Source: an uncultured Spirochaetota bacterium
GTDB lineage: Bacteria > Spirochaetota > Spirochaetia > SZUA-6 > Fen-1364
Reading direction: 5' to 3'
NCBI GenBank assembly: GCA_963820525.1
Contig: CAWGAA010000001.1
Location: forward strand, 1,632,001-1,696,000
DNA: 64,000 nt
In this document: in pieces, positions 37,496-46,690 of the stretch
Position numbering within the stretch: position 1 is the stretch's first letter
How the letters are laid out: every line of letters starts with the position of its first letter
Program-made: the position numbers and the translations under genes
Notes under the pieces: generated by a model
What the model was told of the DNA's origin: nothing
The model's input: the letters and a program-made list of their open reading frames with translations, nothing else
Database searches by the model: none

Positions 37496-38851
37496 ATGGC
37501 GCTTTTATCGAAGTACCTTACTTCTCGACGTGTCGTGTTTCTGCGCAGCCGCAGCAAGGATGGCGCCATCCGGGAGCTCGTGCACGCGCTCTGCGCCACG
37601 ATTCCGGACCTCGACAGCATGCAGATCATCCGCGCCATCCAGGAACGGGAGAGGATGGTGAGCTCGTGGATAGCCCCGGGCGTCGCCATTCCCCACGCGC
37701 GCCTGTCCGGCTGGAACGGGATCGCCGTCGCCGTGGGCAGGAGCCGCAAGGGAATCGCCTTCGACTCCAGCGACGGCAACCCCGTCAACCTCCTCATCCT
37801 CATCGTGAGCGACGACCGCGACCCGGATCAGCATATCCAGCTCCTGGCCGAGATCGCCAGAACGCTTCGGGACCTCGCCCTCAAGCAGCTGGTTCTCACG
37901 GCGCGCACCAGCGACGAGGTGTATCGGCTGCTCATAACGCACGGCTATGGAGAGCCGCGGGGCAAGGCCAAGACGTCACCCAAGGCGCGGGTCTCGCGCC
38001 TGCTCTTCGCGCACGCCCTCTCGGTGGCCGAGGAGGTAAAGGCCAACGCCGTCATGCTGCACTGCGACGCGGTGGGCAGCCTCCGCTTCATGGAGGACAT
38101 TCCCTCGCCCATCCAGCTCATCCTGGTGACCTCGGACCGCGCCACCGTGAAGGAGAACCGGAAGCCGGCTCCCCAGATCCTCCAGGTGCCCTTCCCCAGC
38201 CTGAACCGCTCCAACCAGATGGAGCTTTCCCTCCTCTTTGCGGTCTCGCGCGGCCTTCTTTCCCGCGGCGACACGGTTGTCCATATTTCGGGGGTTCCCA
38301 ACTCGGGGCTTCTCGACACGCTCCTGGTAATCGATGTCGGCCGCGAGTTCCCCTCCATCTTCACCCAGCACACCCCGACTCCCATTGGAGACGTGGAGCC
38401 TCAGGTGCTGGAGAAGATCCTCCAGATCGCAATGGACATCTCCCGGGAAGGAAGGGAGGGAAGGCCGGTCGGAACGCTGTTCGTGATCGGAGATTACGAG
38501 AAGGTCTTGAAGTATTGCCGGCAGATGGTGATCAATCCCTTCCGCGGCTACCGCGAGGAGGAGAAGAACGTCCTGGACCCGAGCCTGGGAGAAACGCTCA
38601 AGGAGTTCTCCACCATCGACGGCGCCTTCATCGTGCGGGGAGATGGAGTGATCATGTCGGCCGGCACGTTCCTCAGGCCCGAGAAAACGACGGTGAACCT
38701 CCCCTCGGGGCTGGGAGCGCGGCACGCTGCGGCCGCCGCCTTGACCGCCATCACGGGCTCGATCGCCGTGGTTGTATCCCAGTCCACGGGCACGCTGAGC
38801 CTCTTCAAGGCAGGGGGCCTCGTCATGGCGCTGGAGCGGCCGAAGATGTAG
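37496..38851 (+). CDS. PTS EIIA-domain + DacZ-like diadenylate cyclase fusion
   Basis: N-terminal RERMVSS...GVAIPHAR (EIIA phospho-His motif); C-terminal EGREGRPVGTLF, KEFSTIDGAF, GLGARHAAA, VVSQS. Confidence 0.85.
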   Translation: MALLSKYLTSRRVVFLRSRSKDGAIRELVHALCATIPDLDSMQIIRAIQERERMVSSWIAPGVAIPHARLSGWNGIAVAVGRSRKGIAFDSSDGNPVNLLILIVSDDRDPDQHIQLLAEIARTLRDLALKQLVLTARTSDEVYRLLITHGYGEPRGKAKTSPKARVSRLLFAHALSVAEEVKANAVMLHCDAVGSLRFMEDIPSPIQLILVTSDRATVKENRKPAPQILQVPFPSLNRSNQMELSLLFAVSRGLLSRGDTVVHISGVPNSGLLDTLLVIDVGREFPSIFTQHTPTPIGDVEPQVLEKILQIAMDISREGREGRPVGTLFVIGDYEKVLKYCRQMVINPFRGYREEEKNVLDPSLGETLKEFSTIDGAFIVRGDGVIMSAGTFLRPEKTTVNLPSGLGARHAAAAALTAITGSIAVVVSQSTGTLSLFKAGGLVMALERPKM

Positions 38852-39819
38852 GCTTTTGCCCCCTCCCGATACGCGGGCCCGCGGCCTTCCCCGTTGGGAT
38901 GCTGCTCCGCGGTCGGGATATCCGACGGTCCTGAATACCCCAGGAATGCCAGGACCAGGAGGGCCGTTTCGTGAGGCTTTTCGACGGTCGGCATGTGGCC
39001 GCAGCCCTGGATCAATTTTAGATCGGCGTCAGGAAGGAGATCCCGAAACTTCAGGCTCCAGGAGGCCGGAAGCACGCCGTCTTCGACACCCCAGAGGATC
39101 AGCGTTCGCGCAGCGAGGGTTGGCAGGATCTCGCCAACGGGGTCGGTTCCCACCACCTCGCGCGCCATGCGCGCCACCGCCCTGCGCGATTCTTCATGAG
39201 AGAGAGTCCGGACCACCGAATCGACAAATTCCTCCGTGATCTTGGAAGGATCGAAAAAAACGCTTGACTTCAGTATCCAGCCGATCAGGGGCCTGGTGGA
39301 GAGCGCCAGGCCCGCGTCCACCAGAACCCCCAGCCTCGACAGGGCCAGCAGCCCGCCCTCCTCGCCGGCCAGGCCGTCGGGAGAGATGAGGATGAGCCGC
39401 CGGACGGATTCGGGATGAAGCGCGGCGAAGTGCACCGCCACGAGCCCTCCCAGGGAGTGCCCGGCAAGGGTGAAAGCGTCCAGGCCGAGGGCCTGGGAGA
39501 ACGAGAAGAGAAACGCGGTGAGGGAGCCGACGCTGTAGTGGATGTCGGGCTTTGCCGAGTCCCCGCACCCGGGAAGATCCACCGCGATCGAGCGCACGCG
39601 CGGCGGCATGATCCTGAGAAGGGGGAGGAAGTCCTCCGCGCTCCCGCACCAGCCGTGCACGAAGAGGATCGTCTGCTCAGGCGGCGAAGCGCTCGCCGTC
39701 TCCAGGTAGCGGATGTCAACGCCGTTTATCGAAACGTGGCGGGAGAAGGGGGAATCCTCCGCGCCGGAGAGGATAAGGGGGAAAGCGATAAACAACTGCA
39801 GAAGGAGCGCGCGCCGCAT
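38548..39819 (-). CDS. Alpha/beta hydrolase (secreted); ORF runs on antisense into the cyclase gene
   Basis: VHGW, DLPGCGDS, GHSLGG, LILWGVED, GCGHMP; recognisable domain ends near 38935. Confidence 0.8.
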   Translation of the reverse strand: MRRALLLQLFIAFPLILSGAEDSPFSRHVSINGVDIRYLETASASPPEQTILFVHGWCGSAEDFLPLLRIMPPRVRSIAVDLPGCGDSAKPDIHYSVGSLTAFLFSFSQALGLDAFTLAGHSLGGLVAVHFAALHPESVRRLILISPDGLAGEEGGLLALSRLGVLVDAGLALSTRPLIGWILKSSVFFDPSKITEEFVDSVVRTLSHEESRRAVARMAREVVGTDPVGEILPTLAARTLILWGVEDGVLPASWSLKFRDLLPDADLKLIQGCGHMPTVEKPHETALLVLAFLGYSGPSDIPTAEQHPNGEGRGPAYREGAKAYIFGRSSAMTRPPALKRLSVPVDWDTTTAIEPVMAVKAAAAACRAPSPEGRFTVVFSGLRNVPADMITPSPRTMKAPSMVENSLSVSPRLGSRTFFSSSR

Positions 39820-39867
39820 AGAGCTCGAATACTACTCCGCCGCCTCCAAATTGAATATAGTGAATAC

Positions 39868-42300
39868 GTGGCCGACAGGGGTTATATCGTCCATCCCGTC
39901 GAACGGCAGCGCGGCGGCAGAACTGAGCTCGACTTCATCGGGAGGCTTGAAGGCGGGGAAACCTTCGCCGTGGTTGAGAGGCGCCGCGCGCCCTTTTTCA
40001 ACCTGCGCGAGGACGACCTGCCGGCCGCCCGGGCCGTGTTGGCTCGGGAGGGCCTTTCTCCCACCGTTTCCCAAAGCCCCCGGCGCACCATGGACGGGGC
40101 CCCGACGGCGAGAATAGAGGCGGCCTCATCCGCCGAGGTGCGGCGGCTTCGCGACGCGCTTCACCGCGAGGGGGTGAGGACCTACGAGGCCGACGTGAAG
40201 CTTTCCTCCCAGCACCTCATGGACCTGCGCATCCGCGGGACCGTGGAGATCCGGGGGGCATGGCGCGCGGGAAGACGCCTGGCGCGGATCTACGAGAACC
40301 CGGACCTGTCCCCCGCCGTGTTCACGCCGAGGCTGTCCGTGCTCTCCTTCGACATCGAAACCGATGCCAAGGCGCAGAGCGTGTACGCCGTGGCCTTCGC
40401 GTTCCGCCCCGTGGACGGGCGGGAAACGCCGGCAGAGGTGATGGTGCACTCGGCGGGAGCCGTCGAGGGCGCGCGGTCCTTCGCCACGGAAAAGGAGCTT
40501 CTCGCCGGGGTCCGAAAACGCATCCTGGAGCTGGATCCCGACATCATCACGGGGTGGAACGTCATCGATTTCGATATCCGGGTGCTCTCCCGCCGCTTCG
40601 CCGCCCTTGGCGTCCCCTTCGACATCGGCCGCTCCGAGTCCCCGGCGCGGTTCCTCGACCGCGAAGGCACCGACGAGGTCGGCATCCGCTGGAGGAGAAG
40701 CAGGGCGATCGTCGACGGTCGCCAGGTCCTCGACGGAATGTGGCTGGCGAGGATGGCGGGCCTCGCCCTGGAAGACTATCGGCTGGAGACGGTGGCCCGG
40801 GCGATTCTGGGAAGGGGAAAACGTTTGGACAAGCTCGCGGGCGAGTCGGCAACCCAGGCCATCGAGCGCCTCTTTCGGGCCGATCCTTCGAGCCTTTGCG
40901 CGTACTGCCTCGAGGACGCGCGGCTCGCCCTCGAGATCCTGGACAGGGAAAGCCTCATCGATATCGCCCTGGCCAAGAGCCTCCTCATCGGCACTCCGCT
41001 GGATCAGACATGGGCAAGCGTGGCCTCCTTCGAGCTTCTCTACATGGAAAACCTTCACGCCCGCGGGTTCGTGGCCCCCACTTTAGGGATAGACCAGGGC
41101 CCTCTCGACAGGGCTCCCGGAGGCGGCATCATCACGCCTCGCGCCGGGCTGTACGAGAATGTGCTCGTCTTCGATTTCAAGAGCCTCTACCCCTCCCTCA
41201 TGCGCACCTTCAACATCGACCCATTGAGCCGCCTCGCGCCCGGCTCCCATCCCGCGCCGGGCGCCTTCATCACGGCACCCAACGGGGAACGTTTCGCCAG
41301 GGAACCCGGAATCATTCCGCAGATCCTCGACCGCTTCTTCGAGAGCAGGGAGCGTGCCAAGAAGGAGGGAAACCGCGCCGCGTCCTTTGCCTTCAAGATC
41401 GTGATGAACAGCTTCTACGGCGTTTTGGGTACCGACGGCTGCAGGTTCGCCTCATCCGGCCTTGCAGGGGCCGTGACCACCTTCGGCAGACATATCCTCT
41501 ACCGCACACGCGACCGCGTGCGCGCGTTGGGCTATGAGGTGATCTACGGGGACACCGACTCGCTTTTCGTGCTCTCCGGCCTGCCCCGCAGAGCGCGGGC
41601 CGGCGAGCTTGCCGCGCTGGGCGAATCCCAGTGCGCCAAGCTCAACGAGGAGCTCGCCTCCCATATCCAGGAGACCTATGGAGTCGATTCGAGACTGGAG
41701 CTGGAGTTCGAGGGAGTCTACCGGCGGTTCTTCCTGCCTCCAATGCGGACAGTCTCCACCCGATCCGACGCCGAGGAGGCCTCGGGCAGGGCGAAGGGCT
41801 ACGCGGGCGTGCGCGTATCTCTGGCGGACGGGGTCGAGCGCGAGGCCCTGGACATCGTCGGGATGGAGGCCGTGCGGCACGACTGGACAGAGCTCGCCCA
41901 GGAGCTCCAGCGGGACCTTCTGGGATGGGTATTCGCCGATACTCCCGCCTCCGCCATCGAGGAGAGGATTCGAAGCCTCATGAAACGGCTCCCCTCGGGA
42001 GCCCTCGACGACAAGCTCGTCTACCGCAAGCTCCTTCGAAAGCCGGTGGAGGCGTACACCAAGGCTTCTCCGCCGCACGCCCGTGCGGCGGCCATGCTCC
42101 CGCGCGAGGAGAGAAGCGGCCTCATCCGCTACCTCTGGACGCGGGACGGTCCCCAGCCCGAGTCGAGGCTGAGCTCCCCGATCGACTACGATCACTACGT
42201 GCAGAAGCAGATCCGCCCCATCGTGGAATCGGTGGCCCCGTTCGCCGGGCTCGCCGTGGACGGGATCTTCAGCCCGGGGGGCCAAATGGAGCTGTTCTAG
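39868..42300 (+). CDS. polB: DNA polymerase II (family B)
   Basis: FDIET, GWNVIDFD, YCLED, FDFKSLYPS, KIVMNSFYG, YGDTDS. Confidence 0.92.
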   Translation: MADRGYIVHPVERQRGGRTELDFIGRLEGGETFAVVERRRAPFFNLREDDLPAARAVLAREGLSPTVSQSPRRTMDGAPTARIEAASSAEVRRLRDALHREGVRTYEADVKLSSQHLMDLRIRGTVEIRGAWRAGRRLARIYENPDLSPAVFTPRLSVLSFDIETDAKAQSVYAVAFAFRPVDGRETPAEVMVHSAGAVEGARSFATEKELLAGVRKRILELDPDIITGWNVIDFDIRVLSRRFAALGVPFDIGRSESPARFLDREGTDEVGIRWRRSRAIVDGRQVLDGMWLARMAGLALEDYRLETVARAILGRGKRLDKLAGESATQAIERLFRADPSSLCAYCLEDARLALEILDRESLIDIALAKSLLIGTPLDQTWASVASFELLYMENLHARGFVAPTLGIDQGPLDRAPGGGIITPRAGLYENVLVFDFKSLYPSLMRTFNIDPLSRLAPGSHPAPGAFITAPNGERFAREPGIIPQILDRFFESRERAKKEGNRAASFAFKIVMNSFYGVLGTDGCRFASSGLAGAVTTFGRHILYRTRDRVRALGYEVIYGDTDSLFVLSGLPRRARAGELAALGESQCAKLNEELASHIQETYGVDSRLELEFEGVYRRFFLPPMRTVSTRSDAEEASGRAKGYAGVRVSLADGVEREALDIVGMEAVRHDWTELAQELQRDLLGWVFADTPASAIEERIRSLMKRLPSGALDDKLVYRKLLRKPVEAYTKASPPHARAAAMLPREERSGLIRYLWTRDGPQPESRLSSPIDYDHYVQKQIRPIVESVAPFAGLAVDGIFSPGGQMELF

Positions 42301-42623
42301 AAAATGCGCTCCACGGTCATTCGAAACCAGCGGATGTTCTCAGCGTCCAGCCAGTAGCAGGTTGCCGGACCCTCGGCCTCCGCGGAGACCCACCCCGCGT
42401 CGCGAAGGGCCCGCAGGTGCTGCGAGACCGTGGCCTGCGCGATGGGGAGGGCCTTCACGACGTCCGCCGTGATGGAGCCGGGGTGCGATGCGAGAAACTG
42501 GATGATGCGGAAGCGCATGGGGTTTCCCAGGGCCTTGAACATCGTGATGAGACGCCTGCGTTCCGGCTCCCGGATGTCGAGGGAAGGCTCCGGCTCGGCG
42601 GAAAAGGACTCCCGGACTTTCAT
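42297..42623 (-). CDS. ArsR/SmtB family transcriptional regulator
   Basis: FKALGNPMRFRII, AQATVSQHLRALRDAG. Confidence 0.88.
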   Translation of the reverse strand: MKVRESFSAEPEPSLDIREPERRRLITMFKALGNPMRFRIIQFLASHPGSITADVVKALPIAQATVSQHLRALRDAGWVSAEAEGPATCYWLDAENIRWFRMTVERIF

Positions 42624-42640
42624 CGTTTGTCTGCGATATT

Positions 42641-43654
42641 GTGGGATGTTCCCGACCGGCCGTCAAGGGGAGGAAACCTGATGGAGCGCAGCGAGGACCT
42701 CGTCCAAGCCGCGTGGTCACCCGCGACTATTTCAACCAGCCGGTGCCCCAGGAGGGCACGGGATCGGGATTCGTCTATGACGGTCAGGGGCATATCGTCA
42801 CCAACTTCCACGTGGTTGAAAACGCCCAGTCGATTTCGATCACGCTTTCCAGCGGCAAGCTCTACAAGGCCGCCGTGGTAGGGTCCGACCCGTCGAACGA
42901 CCTCGCCGTTCTTTTGGCCGGCCCATCCAGCCTGCCCGCCCCCCTCCCCCTGGGGGATTCTTCGAGCCTCAAAGTCGGGCAGTTCGTGGTGGCGCTGGGA
43001 AACCCTTTCGGCCTTCAGGGCACCCTCACCCTGGGTGTCATCAGCGCGCTGGGCAGGATCATCCAGAGCCCCGACGGCAGGTTCATCGGGGAGGCGATTC
43101 AGACCGACACCCCGATCAACCCGGGAAACTCGGGAGGCCCGCTTCTCGATCTGCAGGGCCGGGTTGTGGGAATCAACTCCCAGATCCTGAGCCCCAGCGG
43201 GGCAAGCTCGGGCATCGGCTTCGCCGTTTCTTCAAAGACGATTCAGAGGGTGGTGCCCCAGCTCATCTCGAAGGGCCGCTATCCCCACACCTATCTCGGC
43301 GTGCGCGGGGTTGACTTGAGCGCGGACTTGACCAAAACGCTTCGAGACGCCGGCGCCCAGATTTCCTCCGACAAAGGCCTGCTCGTGGTGGAGATCGTCC
43401 CCGACAGCCCGGCGGACAAGGCCGGCATCCGGGGCGCGGGCACCAGTGTTGTGCAGATAGGCAATGCCGAGGTCCCCGTGGGAGGAGACGTGATCGTCGC
43501 CATCAACGGAACCCCGATCAACGGCTTCCAGGATCTCACCGTCATGCTCGAGACCCAGACCCGCGTGGGAGATGCCGTGACGATCTCCGTGGTCAGGGCA
43601 GGCAGGAAGACGGACCTCAAGACCACGCTTACCGAGCGGCCCGCAAAGTACTAG
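42641..43654 (+). CDS. HtrA/DegP-like serine protease with PDZ; 5' end missing or disrupted
   Basis: GTGSGF, TNFHVV, NDLAVL, IQTDTPINPGNSGGP, SPADKAG; no signal peptide; the RBS-led ATG at 42681 is out of frame. Confidence 0.75.
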   Translation: MGCSRPAVKGRKPDGAQRGPRPSRVVTRDYFNQPVPQEGTGSGFVYDGQGHIVTNFHVVENAQSISITLSSGKLYKAAVVGSDPSNDLAVLLAGPSSLPAPLPLGDSSSLKVGQFVVALGNPFGLQGTLTLGVISALGRIIQSPDGRFIGEAIQTDTPINPGNSGGPLLDLQGRVVGINSQILSPSGASSGIGFAVSSKTIQRVVPQLISKGRYPHTYLGVRGVDLSADLTKTLRDAGAQISSDKGLLVVEIVPDSPADKAGIRGAGTSVVQIGNAEVPVGGDVIVAINGTPINGFQDLTVMLETQTRVGDAVTISVVRAGRKTDLKTTLTERPAKY

Positions 43655-43676
43655 GCCGGTCCCCCTCAGCTCCTAG

Positions 43677-45189
43677 GAGCCTGTCGGGCTTTGGCGACGA
43701 TTTGCGCGGGCGTTCAGCGGCCAGGATCGGCCAGCGGCTCTCTGGGTTGGTGACAGAGAGCGTTCGTCTGCCCTGCGCCACCTCCCCGTGATCCTACCGT
43801 ACTGCTTCATGCTCTCGACAAGCCCCAAAGGCGTTTCACGTTGTAGGCAAGACAAACCAAGTCCCACTCGGTATGCACTTTATCCAGGCCCCGCAGGAGG
43901 AACTGGCGGAACCCCATCGCAGCTTTAATGATCCCGAATACCGGCTCCACCGTCGAAGCCCGCCGCGCGTAGATGCGTTTGCCATCCTTTTGTGCAAGCT
44001 TCTCGCGCATCGCCACAAGCCGCGGATCGGTGACCTTCTTCAAGGGCCGCGAGGAAGGCGGGCGGAAATCATAGCGACGCTCGTTATGATCTTCTCGTGT
44101 GATTGCCACGTATAGCTCAACGCCCTGCTGCTGCAGAGTGTCAAAGGAATCGGCGTTGGCATATCCACCATCAGCAAGAGCGCGTTGAACCATGCCGATC
44201 GAAGGGTCTACACTTTGCACCGCAGGCTCAAGTTGGTTGGCATCGCTGGGGGTTCGGATCACATCCGTGCTCAGTACCAGCTGGCTGCCTTCGGCATCCA
44301 CGACCGCTTGTGCGTTGTAGGCCTGCTCGTAGCTGTCGCGTTTGCTCTTGCGCATCAAGGCGCTGTCAGGATCGCTGAGGTTGATCTGCTGGGAGTCCTT
44401 CGGTCGCCCAGGGCTTGCACCCCCCGCCTTTGGCCCCTGACCCTTGTCTTCTTCCTCCTGCTCGACATCCTCGTTTTGGGCTCGCTTCTCAAGTTCCTGA
44501 CGCGCCCAAAGCATCTTTTCCAGAAGCGCTTCGCGTCGCGCGATCTCCGGTGGCAGCTTTTGATCATCTCCCGTCGCCTCGGTGTCGCTTTTCTCGGCAC
44601 GGGCCAACAGCTCTTCTATATCTTTACGTAGCAACTTTTCCAACTCGCCTGCCCGATCATAGCGCACACTCTTGTGTTTAGAGGCATTGGCCTTGATATG
44701 AGTTCCATCAACGCTCACCGTGCCCACCCGCAACAGCCCCATCTCCCGTGCCAGACGCAGCACTTCAACGAACGCCTGCTTTACTGCCTCCCCGTTCTCT
44801 CGGCGAAACGCGCAAATGGTGTCATGATCCGGATGGGTATCACCTGTCAGGTAGCGTACTGCCACGTCGCGATAGGTCGCCCGCTCGATACGCCGCGAGC
44901 TGAAAAGCCCGTTTGCATAGCAATAAATCACCAGCGCCAGCATCATCCGCGGAGGGTATTGCTTGCTGCCGCTGCCACGATGATTTACCGCGAGGGCTGA
45001 CATATTCATCATCTCGACAGCGTTGACAACGAAGTGCACCAGATCGTCCTCCGGTACCCACTGGCGCAAATCCACCGGCAACAGCATCGGCGTCTCTCGA
45101 TCTACATTTACCAGCCGTTCAGCCATGTCCAAAGCTTATCACGCCTCAGCCTTTTACGGAAACACCGGTCGCTAAAGTCCGACAGGCTC
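43677..45189 (-). mobile_element. IS1182-family insertion sequence, 1513 bp, CTAG target duplication
   Basis: Ends GAGCCTGTCGGGCTTT / AAAGTCCGACAGGCTC (1 mismatch in 16); CTAG at 43673-43676 and 45190-45193. Confidence 0.92.
43807..45132 (-). CDS. IS1182-family DDE transposase (intact)
   Basis: YPPRMML, SSRRIE, PDHDTICAFRR, VDGTHIKANAS, YNAQ, ADGGY, VEPVFG, FLLRG. Confidence 0.93.
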   Translation of the reverse strand: MDMAERLVNVDRETPMLLPVDLRQWVPEDDLVHFVVNAVEMMNMSALAVNHRGSGSKQYPPRMMLALVIYCYANGLFSSRRIERATYRDVAVRYLTGDTHPDHDTICAFRRENGEAVKQAFVEVLRLAREMGLLRVGTVSVDGTHIKANASKHKSVRYDRAGELEKLLRKDIEELLARAEKSDTEATGDDQKLPPEIARREALLEKMLWARQELEKRAQNEDVEQEEEDKGQGPKAGGASPGRPKDSQQINLSDPDSALMRKSKRDSYEQAYNAQAVVDAEGSQLVLSTDVIRTPSDANQLEPAVQSVDPSIGMVQRALADGGYANADSFDTLQQQGVELYVAITREDHNERRYDFRPPSSRPLKKVTDPRLVAMREKLAQKDGKRIYARRASTVEPVFGIIKAAMGFRQFLLRGLDKVHTEWDLVCLAYNVKRLWGLSRA

Positions 45190-45699
45190 CTAGATCGCGT
45201 AATTGGGCGCCGGGCGGCTGATCTCCTGCGCCTGACGTGCGAGCTCCGCCAGGGTGAAGGAAGACAGCGACCTTTCGATATCTTCGGAAAGCTTCCTCCA
45301 CACACTTCGCGCGACGCAGGAGACTGCCCGCGGGCAGCCCTCCGACTGCCGCCGGGACGGGCGCGGAAGCGGGGCCGGCCGCGGATCGCCCTCTTCGTCG
45401 CAAGAGCCGTCCTCGACGCACGAGACCACGGCGATCCGGCCCTCGATGGCCTCTACAACGTCCTTGACGGTGATCTCCTCCGGCGGGCGCGCCAGGGAGT
45501 AGCCTCCATGCGAGCCGCGCTGGGAAACCACCATTCCCGCGCTTTTCAGGGGGATGATGATCTGGCCGAGGTACTTTTCAGAGATCCCCTCGCTTCGCGA
45601 CACGTCGCGAAGGAGGGTGATCCCATTGCCGTAGCTCATGGAGAGTGAAACCATGAGACGGACCCCGTAGCGGCTGCGGGTCGACATGCGAAGCGCCAT
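45190..45699 (-). CDS. Rrf2-family regulator (CymR/IscR-like)
   Basis: STRSRYG, ISEKYLGQI, SQRGSHGGYSL; Cys-rich segment. Confidence 0.9.
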   Translation of the reverse strand: MALRMSTRSRYGVRLMVSLSMSYGNGITLLRDVSRSEGISEKYLGQIIIPLKSAGMVVSQRGSHGGYSLARPPEEITVKDVVEAIEGRIAVVSCVEDGSCDEEGDPRPAPLPRPSRRQSEGCPRAVSCVARSVWRKLSEDIERSLSSFTLAELARQAQEISRPAPNYAI

Positions 45700-45703
45700 G
45701 CCC

Positions 45704-46630
45704 TCAGGTCTCCTCGAACAGCCAGGTGCTGAGGTAGCGCTCTCCCGTGTCGGGCAGGATCACGACGATGAGCTTGCCCGTGTTCTCCCTGCGCGCGGCC
45801 ACCTGCAGGGCCGCCCAGGCGGCGGCGCCCGAAGAGATCCCGACAAGAAGCCCTTCCTCCCGGGCCAGCCGCCGGGCGGTGGCGCCCGCGTCTTCCTCTT
45901 CCACGGGGATGATTTCGTCGATGATTGTGCGGTTGAGGACGGCGGGCACGAAGTTCGCCCCGATGCCCTGGATCCTGTGGGGGGCAGGCGAGCCTCCCGA
46001 GAGAATGGGGGATTTCTTGGGCTCCACGGCGATGGCCTTGAATCCCGGCTTCCTCTTCTTGATCACCTCCGCCACTCCCGTGATGGTGCCGCCCGTTCCA
46101 ATACCGCTCACCAGGATGTCCACGTGCCCATCCGTGTCGCGCCAGATCTCCTCCGCCGTGGTCCGACGGTGCACCTCCGGATTGGCCGGGTTCTCGAACT
46201 GCTGGGGCATGAACGCCCCCGGGGTCTCCTTCACGATCTCCCGGGCCTTGTCCACGGCGGCCTGCATGCCGCCGGCCGCGGGGGTCAGCACGAGCTCCGC
46301 CCCGAAGACCTTCAGGAGCTTCCGCCGCTCCACGCTGAAGCTCTCCGGCATCGTGAGGATGCAGCGGTATCCCTTCACCGCGGCGATATACGCCAGGCCG
46401 ATCCCTGTGTTGCCGCTGGTGGGCTCCACGATGACGTCGCCCTTTTTCAGGCGGCCCGTCTTCTCCGCGTCCTCGATCATGGCGAGGGCGATCCTGTCCT
46501 TGACGCTGGCCAGGGGGTTTCTGGACTCCAGTTTTGCGGCGACTGTGGCGGCAAGCCCCACCGCCACCCTGTTGAGCTTCACAAGCGGCGTGCCGCCCAC
46601 AAGCTCCAGAACGCTCGATTTTATATCCAT
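45704..46630 (-). CDS. cysK: Cysteine synthase A
   Basis: [39 protein letters not shown]. Confidence 0.95.
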   Translation of the reverse strand: MDIKSSVLELVGGTPLVKLNRVAVGLAATVAAKLESRNPLASVKDRIALAMIEDAEKTGRLKKGDVIVEPTSGNTGIGLAYIAAVKGYRCILTMPESFSVERRKLLKVFGAELVLTPAAGGMQAAVDKAREIVKETPGAFMPQQFENPANPEVHRRTTAEEIWRDTDGHVDILVSGIGTGGTITGVAEVIKKRKPGFKAIAVEPKKSPILSGGSPAPHRIQGIGANFVPAVLNRTIIDEIIPVEEEDAGATARRLAREEGLLVGISSGAAAWAALQVAARRENTGKLIVVILPDTGERYLSTWLFEET

Positions 46631-46690
46631 GACGATCTCCTTATCACCTGTTTCTTGCGCGCCGTCTCTCACGCGAGGCGGCCGTCGTTA

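Noticed and set aside
39868..42300. Family B polymerase as a prophage or casposon marker
   Set aside because: Looks like ordinary cellular Pol II; no phage, integrase or cas1 genes nearby
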